Positions 1 to 10,921 of a stretch of DNA of 52,431 nucleotides are shown here, piece after piece. The DNA is from Perkinsus chesapeaki ATCC PRA-425. Lineage: Eukaryota; Protista; Perkinsozoa. The number at the start of each line of letters is the position of its first letter. The stretch's first letter is position 1. The DNA lies in the NCBI GenBank assembly GCA_013115145.1, contig JAAPAO010000210.1:1-52431 (forward strand). Direction: 5' to 3'. The position numbers and the translations under genes were made by a program. The notes under the pieces are model-generated. The model was given only the letters and a program-made list of their open reading frames with translations, did not search any database and had not been told where the DNA came from.

Positions 1-1
1 T

Positions 2-1183
2 CGAAGAGTATTCTTTCATCTTTATTCAAATGGTAAAGATAGACGAAGATTTGGTCAAGTAATAGAAGCCGGATTAGTTATGATTATTACCATATTATTG
101 GCTTATGGTGTATCTTGGTCTGATATGGGAGCATGTAAACCTTTAGATGGTCAAAGCTATATACCAAATGATGGTATTCAATCAGCAATGTGTGATGAAG
201 GTGTTAATATGGGTTATTATAATCCACTTGCTGCATTATTATTAACTGATAGAGATACTTCTGTTAAATGGTTATTCTCACCACGTCTTGGTGATTCTGA
301 ATTCCCCCAAGGTCAGTTAGCTGCAGCTGGTTTTGTTATATTCTTCCTTACTTTACTAACTTATGGTGTTGCTATTCCTGCTGGACTTTTCGTTCCTAAT
401 ATTATGTTAGGTGCGTGTTTTGGTAGATTATTTGGCCTTTGGGTTGGTGATTGGGCATCATCACCAGGTGTTTATGCTGTTATGGGTGCTGCTGGTATGA
501 TGGCTGGCTTCACTAGAATGACAATTAGTCTCACAGTTATCGTTATCGAGTTAGTTGGTGATTTACGCCTTCTACCAGCAGTAATGGTTACAGTTGTTGT
601 ATCTAAACAAGTTGCTGATATGTTTAATAAAGGTGCGTATGATATCGTATCAGAACTTCGTGAATATCCTTATCTTGAAGAATTGAATGTTTATGATAAA
701 CGTAACATGCTTGGTAAAGAGATAACCTATCGTATGTCTCCAGCACCTTTATCGGGTTTTGGTCAGATTGAATCTTTACAAAAAGTTCAACAAGTTCTAT
801 CAAGATGCACTCATAATGCTTTTACAATCGAAGATGAGAATCATAACTTAGTTGGTTTGGTTTTACGATCTGAAATAGTTGATTGGGTAAAATCAAAAGG
901 AGGTGTAGTTGCAGCTAATGGTGAATTGAATCTTATGGAATTCTGTAATAGAAGTCCAACAATAGTATCCGAGTTAACACCACTTGAACAAGGTTATATT
1001 ATGTTTCGTGATTTAGCACTTCGACATATGCTTGTTGTTGATAAAGATAATGCTAATCATGTTGTTGGTATGATAACTCGTAAGGATCTTATCCAAGCTC
1101 TTGAGGATGCTACACAAGCGTCAAGTTACGCTCGAAAGATATCTTCCATCACTACGAGCAGCCATGCAAGGAAGTCGGTCTAA
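2..1183 (+). CDS. CLC-family chloride channel/transporter, C-terminal part with two CBS domains (5' end outside window)
   Basis: Frame is open from position 2 (RRVFFHLYSNGKDRRRFGQVIEAGLVMIIT...). CLC motifs GLFVP and YAVMGAAGMMAGFTRMTISL, then CBS-like segments (HNAFTI; LRHMLVVD...VVGMITRKDL). No introns in this part. Confidence 0.92.
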   Translation, partial: RRVFFHLYSNGKDRRRFGQVIEAGLVMIITILLAYGVSWSDMGACKPLDGQSYIPNDGIQSAMCDEGVNMGYYNPLAALLLTDRDTSVKWLFSPRLGDSEFPQGQLAAAGFVIFFLTLLTYGVAIPAGLFVPNIMLGACFGRLFGLWVGDWASSPGVYAVMGAAGMMAGFTRMTISLTVIVIELVGDLRLLPAVMVTVVVSKQVADMFNKGAYDIVSELREYPYLEELNVYDKRNMLGKEITYRMSPAPLSGFGQIESLQKVQQVLSRCTHNAFTIEDENHNLVGLVLRSEIVDWVKSKGGVVAANGELNLMEFCNRSPTIVSELTPLEQGYIMFRDLALRHMLVVDKDNANHVVGMITRKDLIQALEDATQASSYARKISSITTSSHARKSV

Positions 1184-1458
1184 GCGCTTTCCCGATCAGC
1201 CTTTCTCGTACACCCAGTCATCACCACTACTGTTGGGTCATCAGTGCCGACTCGCCTCAGTTTGTGTCTTCTCGATACAATTTGATTAATACGAAGTCTC
1301 TCTGTTGTGTTACATCTCTCACCAAGTATGGTTTAGGCCGGTTAGATTCCTGCTGTATCACAAGAAGATTCTGGATATGTAGGCGTTGCAAGCATGACAA
1401 CCTAGAGCTAGGTGAACGACTTCAAAATTGGATGGTATCATTTTTTCTGCAAGAGTTA

Positions 1459-4400
1459 TTACAAAAGCTCGAGCACCCGGTGGAGGAACTTGCGTCGATC
1501 CGCTGCTATAGAAGTACGCTAGTGGCCGCAGTAGAATCAACCAGCACCTGCGCGACATTCGGAAGTCGTCCCGAATTCCGGTTCGACTAGCTTTACGAAA
1601 CACATCGCGGCTATGAAACTCCATGAGAGCTACAATTAAGCTAATTGAAAGCAGTATCATGCTCGAAGAATTAGAAGCTGACATGGAAGGCATAAAGATA
1701 CTAGGCGACATATAACAACCCCACCTGTTGCTTGGCTTGGCGGTACTTCTCCTGCAGTATGTCCCGCGAGGCCTCCGCCTCTCGAAGCCTCTCAGTCATC
1801 CTATCATGCTTATGCCAAACCTCCACGACCTTGTCGCATATGTTCTTCGCATACCTCTGGAGTGAGCTGCGTTGATGCTCAGCACGAACCTGACTGCAAT
1901 CTTGAAACAAGCTCATCCAGAACCAAGCAAGGCAGTGGTACACTTCACCTTGATGGCATTCGTATTCACAAGAGCCGTCCACCCCTGGGACATGAGATCC
2001 TCGTTAGCCATAGAGGCACGCTCCAGAGAGTCCATCGCCATTTGGCTGCGCTCGTTGACTCTGAGTATCGGCAAAGATGCAGCCGCCGAGGATCGAACTT
2101 GCGCAATCTCACCTCCCGATGGTTTCAGTTGTAGATTTACAGAACCTGTTCACCTCCGCCCTCGATGAGCTTATGAGCTCCGAGATGCTCCGCATCTCCT
2201 TCGAAGTTAGGAGGGACTTCCTAGTATGAGTATTGCCGCTAGTTACAAGTGCATAGGATTCCGGGCACTGTCTGGACTCGTAGTCAGCACATCGCATGGA
2301 GGATCTTTCCAAGCCCTCTAGAGCATGAGTCCACCTAACCAACCCAGTAAGGATCAGCTAGTGTGTATGTCTTATGCTCTTACCGGTGAGCTAGCTGATC
2401 CACGGCAGTTAGTAATCGGGTAAGTTCATTGCGACCGCATTCCACCGAGGCGAGCGACGATTCGCAATCAGCCAGACGCATGCTCAAACTGATCAGTGGA
2501 CAGTGGAGGCTGGAGGTCCTCGTGGCCTACCGTTCCCTGGCGGCCAGCTCTTCGCTTCGATCGAGCAACCTTCCTCGCAAAGACTGTAGCTCTGCATGAT
2601 GCCTGCCTTGCTCAACGACCATCGTATCCTGAACTCGCTCTAACTCTTCTCGGAGGTCCTCAGCTCCGTCCTTCATTTCGTCAAGCTGGTCCGTCAATGC
2701 CGCGCGATGCTCCCGTGACGCCACGAGCATCGAGGCCGTCCAGTCGGCAGATATTTTTAACTGCCGCTCTCTAAGCATGGCCTCTGCCACAATGGTATGA
2801 GTGTCTTCCAGTTGCATGCTCAGGCGCTCCCTGTAACGTCCTTCGATATCCTCTACCCTCGCAAGGTGGTCTGCCTTGGCCGCCATAAGGCGCGCGAGTG
2901 AGTCACTTCGCATCATAGCGATCAGCTCTCTCTCCCTCCCAAGTGATTCATCTGCGAGGTTCGCTGCTGACTCTCGTGCTCCTTCCAGCGCCTCACACAG
3001 CTGCGTGTTCCTCTCTTTCATTTCATCCACTTCATTCTGCCTCGAGATTACAGCTTCCCGAGCTACTCGCAACTTCTCCTCAGTCTCTTCCACCTCAGCA
3101 CATAGTTCAGCCACCCTTGTCCCCATTTTGGTTCGGCACTCGCTAGCCCTCCATAGCTCATCATTGAGGGTAGATAGCCTCTCCTGCTGTACAAGTAGTT
3201 GGGACTTGCACTCCCGCAGTTCCTCCTGCAGCCTAGCGCAGCGGTCATCAAGCTCAGCTTCTCGGGATTGGGATTTGCTCGCCAGCCCTTGTAGTCTTCG
3301 GACTTCATCGGCGAGGGACACAGGCATGCCAGACGCCCTCTGCTCAGCTTCAGAGAAACCAACGGCGGCCATAATCGCACGGAATTCCTCCACCAGTTTC
3401 GTTGCCGATGCGCCAGTTTCCATCAACGTGGATTCAGCCCGCTCCAGCCGATCCTCCAAATCCCTGGCCCGTCTCTGCCAGGCCTGTCCGTCATCTTTCA
3501 CACCCTCTACAGCGCACCTTACGCGCCGCGCAACATCGTCAGGCTCGATACCGTCATCCAGTTCGATTTCCAGAGCAGCTCCCATCAGTGAGAGCAACTT
3601 CCTTTGGTCACGAAGCGACTGAGAGCTCATGTCGTTTTGAAGCATTCCAGTGCCCTCTGCGACTTGTTGCTCTTTCCCTTCAAGCAGTTCCTGCAACTTT
3701 GCTGCAGCGTCGCTGTGCTGCGTGACCATCGTCTGGGCAACAAACAAGTCTTGGCGAGCGGCATGGAGTTGTTCCTCCAACCTACGAACAACATGTCCTC
3801 GGCGATGTTGGATGGAACCTTATCGAGTAAAGCATCTACCTAGACCTAGGGGAGCTAAATTTACTAAGATGCAAGAATCTCTGTTGAGAACAATCAGACG
3901 TAACCTTCCTCGTACTTGGCATTCTCGGACAGACAGTTGCTGCCAATGCTCTGCCTTCCAGACCTGAAGAGTAGCGATGCAGCAGGAGACTCAGACCGTT
4001 CCTGCCTTATATCCTCCATCGACATAGACATCAGTTCGGCACGCCTGCTATGAGCCTCTACTAGTGCAGCTTCCGTACTTAATCTGAGGGGGAGGGGAAA
4101 TACCAGGGACTCCGAATCGAGTACGTATCCCTGCGCTGCAGTTCTCACTTCTTAGATTCCATATCAATTTGACTTCGTAATGAGGAGACTTCTTCTCGAA
4201 GCTCCGATTCGATTTTTCTGGCTTCAGCCGCGTCGCTTTTCGCTCTGGCAGATGTTAATGAACTCTCCCCGAGTCGACCGTGCCAACTTTTCCTCCGCCA
4301 AGAACAGCAGCGCTTCCTCCTCAGTTGCCTTGGCCATTAGGCGCTCCATGTCATCCATGACAGATGCATTCTGCTCGTGAAGGCTTCGTACTTGGTCACT

Positions 4401-7400
4401 GTGCGCCGCATGTGACCTGTGACGCGGCCTTAATAAGTGAACATAAGCCTTTAAAGCTCATCAGCATTTGCCAGCGCAAAGGTTTAACATATCGAGCAAG
4501 CTCAAGATAGGTCTTGAAAGTGTTCAAGTCGAGCGGAAGGAATGCATCGACATTGTTAAACTGAGAGCACCTATCCGAGTAAAACTCCCGTCTGGAGTGA
4601 TCCATGAAGTATCGGGTCTTCGCTGGATCGAGGGCAACATGATTCACCGGTCGATGGTACTTAGAGCTGTAGATACCAGCGACCGAATAACATTTGTAAA
4701 GCCAGAGGCCGGCAACAACTTCGTTCGCTTCACCTCGGAACCTTCCCCGCCCATCCCCTCACTTCGCAAGCTCCTCTTCAAGTTGGGTACACCTAACCCT
4801 CAGCTCCGTTATGGTCTCGTCGTAGTTCTTAATTTGCAAGTTGCTGATCAGTGAGTCTTCATATACGTTGTAGGATGCTAACCTCTGTGCATCGTGCTCC
4901 ATGAGAAGCCGAGAGGACTCGGAAAGTTCTTCCTTCATGGCGAATAATCTACCCTCAAGCTCGGCCACTTGCATACTTGCTTCCTCGTCTCGGCGGGTGC
5001 GGGAGGTTTGTTGGTCGAGGCTGAATGGATCACAAGGTGATAATATCAACCAGGGAAACTGAGGGCCTGCCTCCTCTGGAGCTCTTCGCATCGGCCTCGT
5101 AGTGTCAGTACAATCTCCTCGTAAGCTGCAACTTGATTGTGCCTGACAGGCGACTATCTGCGCAGTCTGCTAGGCCATAAGAGAGCATCTGTCACCACCC
5201 AACAGTCGTTGCTCTTCCCTTAGGAGTCTGATTGGAAGTGCGCGGTGTGCAAACATCGATTCCAAACCCACCATCACCGAACTCCCCGCAATGCTTACAT
5301 TTTCCTCGCGTTCTCTTCATTTGACCGCTGCAAACTCGCACTAATCTCTCCTATCCGAGCTGTCAATGACCTGAGGCATTGTGACATGAAGCAAGAGTCG
5401 TCTCGAATGATGGGTACATGTTATCAGTGCGAAGATCCCGGATCTGCGCAGTCAGCCTGCTGCGTTCCCCTTCGAGGGTAGCTATCTGATACTCCTTCTC
5501 CTTCAGAGCAGCGGCTTTCCTGGCATGAATGCTCCCTTGTGCAGAAAAACGCCCTCACTCCGACGCCTGCAATCGCGAAGCCTCCATCTCCCGCACGCGA
5601 CCGTCTCTGGAGGCCATTATGTCCTTCATCGCCTTCGAGTCGTGCTCTGTAAGATGCCTAACAGTGACCTTGACTCCCCAGTTTGTTCGACGCGGCTGCT
5701 GACGCTACAGAAGCTCTTCTTTATGTAGCTGTTCAGTCGTCTTCAGCCGCTCCTTCAATGATACCACCTCCAGGCGTAGATCCTCCTTTGCAGCCAAAGC
5801 TTCACCAAGCTCATGGCCATTTCTATAACAGAAATGTACTCTCAAGGGCCATCAAGATAGTCACCACTTCGCAAGTCGTTCGCCCTGGATCGCCACTTCC
5901 GCGGCCATACGCGCCGCTTCGCTTTGTAAGTCGTACCGGCCCGCATCGCTTCGACGAGCCCTATAATCGTATTGGGAACACGGGACGGCCGGTGCGTGGC
6001 GAACCTTTCCCTCCAATCCTCGCAGGCCATCCGAGAGCGTTCGATTGCAGACTCCAAGCTGTGCACCTTAAGGTGGAGCTCCTCTTGCACCCGGGACGCT
6101 GCCGCAGCGACCTGTGAAAACGCCGACGTGTGCAGTGGGAGCACTGGAAATCCCTCGTGCTTTCGCCATAACAATTGCCATTCGACAACACACCGTAAGG
6201 AGGTGGAGCGGGCTGGCAGGCACTAGGAGAGATATACTCAACCAACCGATACCCCACCTGTCCAGAGATGAATTCATCAAAGCTCTTTGATGGATCTGGC
6301 AGCCTCAGCGCGCAGCCAGCTACTTCTGTCTGGCAATAGTTGTTCCTCTTATCAAGAACGTCTTGCGGATGCCTCCTCAGCGATAGAGCCTGCTGCTGCT
6401 CCTGAGCTTCCATGGCGATCTGCTCAGCAACCGCAAGCGCCTCAGTAAGGTCGGCAATCTCGGCCTTCATCTGGTTATGTGCTTCCTCGAGCTGAGATGA
6501 TACACGGAAAAACTTGCCAAGATATTGTAAACCTCACTTCCCTGGTGAGATCTTGACTCCGCCATGACAGGTTCATGAGTGATGACGGGCTCGCCTTGGC
6601 CAGCGCAAGCTCTGCTTTCCCATGGCTCTCCACCATGGATCGCGTGACCGTCAAGCTCCCCTCAAGTGACTGTAGTCGAGACAGCTCCTGCGGGGGGGTG
6701 TCTGCGACGCTAAGCTCTGGCAGCCCTCACCATCGCCTCCTCGCGGGAACTCTTTTCACTCCGAAGTGCGACAACTTCTGCCGTGACGACTTCGAGTTCA
6801 TGAGACTTCTCGTCCACCAATCGCAGAGCCGCCTGCTAGACGCATGTAGGGCGAAGATGAGCTCCGCTTGGTGAACCCACTGTGAGTTGATGGTCTTGCT
6901 CCCTCCCAGTGGCCTGTGTCTCGTGCAGTATCTCTGTCAGCTCAGCGATGCGCCGTTTAAGGCTGCCGACTTGATGATGTCCACGACGGCTCTCCTCGGC
7001 AATATAGGAGTTCTGTACAGTAAAGCGGAAGAGGCCACAGCTAGTGAGGGATGTCACCTCCTCTCGAAGTGCATCGACCTCCTCCTCGAGTCGGGCCGTT
7101 TTGTTGCCAGCGTCGACGGCCTCGGCTTTCCGGTAGTCCAGCTAACAACGAGAGCTGGATTTTTAGGGAGCCGCCGCACCGATGAGGCTCACTTCTTGCC
7201 GTAGAGTGTGTGCCTCGGACTCGAGTTCAGTTCTGATTAGTTGATGCTCGCGGCGGATGCTAGCTAATGCATCTTGAAAGCGACGGGATTGGTGGGAGAG
7301 CTAGAAGGAATGTGGTGAAGGTAAAGACTGGTTTTTTTCATAAAATAATATATAAATGTAATGAGGAAGTGAAGGCATGAAAATAATATATAAATGTAAT

Positions 7401-9303
7401 GAGGAAGTGAAGGCTTAAACATATGAAATGATGCCACTTTTGTTAAGGTACTGAGTCATTACTTATCACGGTCGCCTACCTGAGTTTCAAGTTCTCTTAT
7501 ACGTGCTCTTGAGGAACCAAGTTCGCGCTTGGTATTTCCGCACTCTTCGCGAGCCAAAGCACACTCCCGTTCCGATTCCGATATTGCAGATTTCCCCTTC
7601 GCAATCTGACAGCGGTCCTCGAGTTGCACCACTTCCATATTTCCCACCTGTTCCATAGCTGCCCGGAGTTCTTCAGCCAGCCTTGTCTTATCCCTCTCTT
7701 GCTCTTGTAGCTGGTTGGCTGCCTAAAGCGCACGCCTTCGAGGAGCTAGCGGGCCACCCTTGCCTGCTGCTGGAACATCTCTAAGGATCGTCTCCATTTC
7801 AGCATTTCACCTTTCAGCTTCTCTTCCGCTCGCTTATGCGTTCCCACCTCGATTGCCTGATCGACTGCTATCAACTGAAGCGGCTGCGGTCGGCCTACCA
7901 GGCGGTCCTTTTCGGCTTCAATCTCGGCCTTAGCGCCTTCCAAGGCTTCGCATCTTGCTGATAGTTCTTTTCGAGATTGCTCACTCGCCGCGAGGTCGTC
8001 TCTAATAGCTGAGTAAATGCTTATCGTTCATCCAGCTATCTCCGTAGCTACCCTTGTCAGTGTCCTCCCCTCCGGACAGAATGCCGAACTGAGCAACTTC
8101 GCTCAATCTGTCGCTCAGCACGCTCACCCTCCGGCGATGTCTGGCGCACTCGTCTGTTATTCTCTCCACTTCTTCGGAGAGTTTCCTTTCTACCAGCTGC
8201 AACCTTTCGTATCGACTGGCTTCCCCGTCGATTTCTATGCCGCACTTCGTTGCCCACGCGACTATGAGGTTATCCAACTCCTCCTCGGCGTCCACTGGCC
8301 GTCGGCCCACTAGTGCCAGAGCCCGCCTAAGGTCCCCCTCCAGCGCTTCTGGATGGTGTACAGCTTGGGGAAGATACATGAACAAACAGGTGTGGGTGAT
8401 CGAGGGGATGGTACGTATTATAGAAGGGAATATAAAGGTACTCAGTGATCGACACGAGGAGTTGATGACAGTGGCCGAGCCCCCTCGAAATTTGAAAACA
8501 GTACAGGTGTCGTTGTAAGGTGAAGACATCAACCCGGGACCGAGCGACAAGCAAGCCAGAAGGTCCTCGAGTGTTTGGCAAACGGTGTTCTCTATAAGCT
8601 GGTTGGCTGTGGAGCCTTCGCGGGCTGTCTCGTGCATTTCGATAGATACTTCATCGGTAAGTTCAATAGCGTGCTTCGCGAGTTGCTCCTGTAGCTTGTT
8701 CCCGGTTGAGGTAGAGCCGATGACCAGAAGTAGAGCGCCTCGACTGGTTTCTGCTGATAATGCAACGAGATCGGCGAACACTCGCTTGTAGAGATCATCG
8801 GCAGTGCTGGCGTTTGGGTCCTCGATGACTGTGTGGAAGGCGTAACTGAAGAAGACTGAGTTAGCTGCGAGTCGAGGAAGACTAACAACTGTGCGATTGG
8901 ACACATGCGACGACTATCACAAGCACCACTCACAAGTGAAGCAAAATACTTATCCCTGAAATTGAAAAAACGCTCTAGCGACCATAAATGCACTTAGTGA
9001 ATGCACGGAGACCGACATGAGAAGTATCATCCCAATCACCCCCAAAATGCTCACTGAAGTACTTCCACGCTAGATCTTGGAACACCCCCCCCCAAATCTA
9101 GCGAGAATAAGCTCAGCGGTATTAAGCGTCGATAACCAATAGGGGAGGTATCGATACCTCAATCCTTTGTAGTGGATCTTGTCTTGCTTATCTACTTTAA
9201 CACCTTGACACCCCTTAGCAACAGCAGCTACCACACGAGGTAGAGCTGCTGCTGCTGATGCAGCAGTGAAGGATGATGTGGATACCGATAGCTCAAGGGA
9301 CAT
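1459..9303 (-). CDS. Very large multi-exon coiled-coil protein with N-terminal degenerate kinesin-like motor domain
   Basis: Many minus-strand E/R/L/A-rich heptad exons (e.g. ORFs 2527-3780, 5961-6470, 7459-7943) separated by GT-AG introns. Exon 1 (9303-9158) splices in phase over a 312-nt intron (9157-8846) to the 8002-8904 ORF. Putative C-terminus RRKFLHRVLELL-stop at 1461-1459. Full exon model not verified; could be more than one gene. Confidence 0.62.
7342..7414. repeat. 35-bp direct duplication in an AT-rich intron
   Basis: aaaataatatataaatgtaatgaggaagtgaaggc at 7342-7376 and 7380-7414, 3-nt spacer. Confidence 0.9.
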
Positions 9304-9674
9304 TATACATGGTCAACATCTAACGACCAAGATGGGTCACGACTCTATAGGCTTTCTGATCAAACGAAATGCTCCCAATGGCAGTTCAAGGTCCGACACC
9401 AGATTTCCGTGGGCCATTCCGATATTCCCCTCGAAGATCAAGTTGAATCAAACCCTACCGTTAATTCTTCATCTAGCTGATTGTACCATACACCACTTTA
9501 CTATCAAGAGCATCGGTAAAATCAACAAGGCACGACAGGACACTAGGATTGGTTGCATCTCTGTTTCGATCTTAGCTTTAGATGTTTGCCCCCGATGACT
9601 ATAAAACGCAAGACGTTACTGTCAGTAGTGTAATATTAAAACCGTCATGCACAAAGTCATTCTGCAGACTTCTT

Positions 9675-10352
9675 CTACCACTTCATATCGACAGCAGCTG
9701 GGCCCATGTTCTTAACATCGTTAACACCATCAAACACCTTCACACCCTTCTTGTCATCATCCAGCACCTGGACGAACGCTACTGGGCAGAAGCAACATCC
9801 CGACAGGGGCTCACCACTAGGCAGGGAATGCCTGACTTATGGTTGTTGATGATACCGAGGTTTTCCTTCTCGATGCCAGCGCAAACTCCGAACTCCCTCT
9901 TGAGAGCGTCTCTGGTCTCCACGTCACTGTAGGGCACTCTGAGCCATTCGCCTTGGTCCTCCTTGTGATACTCAACCTGAAGTCGGGACAGAAATGCGCA
10001 TAGATATGAAACCGAAAGATTCTCAGGAGCTCACTTGTTCCTCCTCCGACTTGTCGCTGGACACAAACACAATCTCCAGCTTGTCCTCGTCCTCTTCTTG
10101 GACTTCCTGAACCAACACGTGAAAGCAGCTAGCAGAAATTAGGTTGCCTCGTAGAACTCCTTCAAGATGGGGGTGAACTTGCGGCAAGGAGGACACCAGT
10201 GAGCCGAGAAATACCTACAGTCGGAATGGATCTGACACCGGAGCAGCCAGACAATCCTACAGGGCAATCTTCTCTTTTTTAGCAAAGACGTCATCAGCCT
10301 TCACTTCGGTGCCGTCTTGGGTGAGCAGGGTTTTACCAACCAGGGCGGACAT
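9675..10352 (-). CDS. Nucleoredoxin/tryparedoxin-like thioredoxin-fold protein (single WCPPC domain, 5 exons)
   Basis: Spliced translation [93 protein letters not shown]...[36 protein letters not shown]; all four introns keep frame. Confidence 0.92.
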
Positions 10353-10921
10353 TAGAGACAAGGGGAGTGGTTACGAGCTGCTTGGAGGGGCTATCAGAAC
10401 AGACAACATGACAAATGAGAGATTAACGAAGTATCACAGGCGCACGTCTCTTCGACGGAACTGACAAGAGTGCCAAGAGGACTCCAAGGTGTTCGACAAA
10501 GCTATGTTTGTCTGAGCCATGATGGGCTACTCAATATAAAGCTAGATTGTAGGCTAAGCCTACTGCAGGGTGCTTTAACTGAAACGGCCCTGTCCACGTA
10601 ACTTGCGCAATAATTTGATGGACCGGAAACCCTTGTGATTGTCTACGAGGAGGTATGCTACGCGTGGCTTCTTATACAGTGATCAGTATCCGATAATGTC
10701 CAGGTAACCTAAAGTAGGATTGAGCGAATGGTACAAATGTTCACAAAGCCACCAAAGGGCATTCAAAGTGGGCTTTAGCACTTTCGCGGGTAAGTGATGA
10801 AAGCAGAGCCCGTTGAGTATATTCACCACCACCCTGCACCAGTGCAATGACTGGATACGATAAGATTACGACACTAGAGCCCATGACTGTCAGGTAGTAC
10901 TAAAACTCAACCCACCTAACA

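Noticed and set aside
2351-2401. 11-bp inverted repeats around 29 nt as a micro-MITE
   Set aside because: No TSD, single copy in window; function cannot be supported.
2876-3622. Ser-rich plus-strand ORFs opposite the coiled-coil gene (also 24486-25283 and 26814-27482 on minus)
   Set aside because: Antisense shadows of E/R/A-rich coding sequence.
10549-10563. Single 7-bp odd-centred palindromes (also ~37397, 47340)
   Set aside because: Only half of the scar pattern; about three are expected by chance per window.
10600-10900. Small plus-strand spliced gene between nucleoredoxin and the next gene
   Set aside because: Splice-like signals present, but I could not build a consistent ORF.
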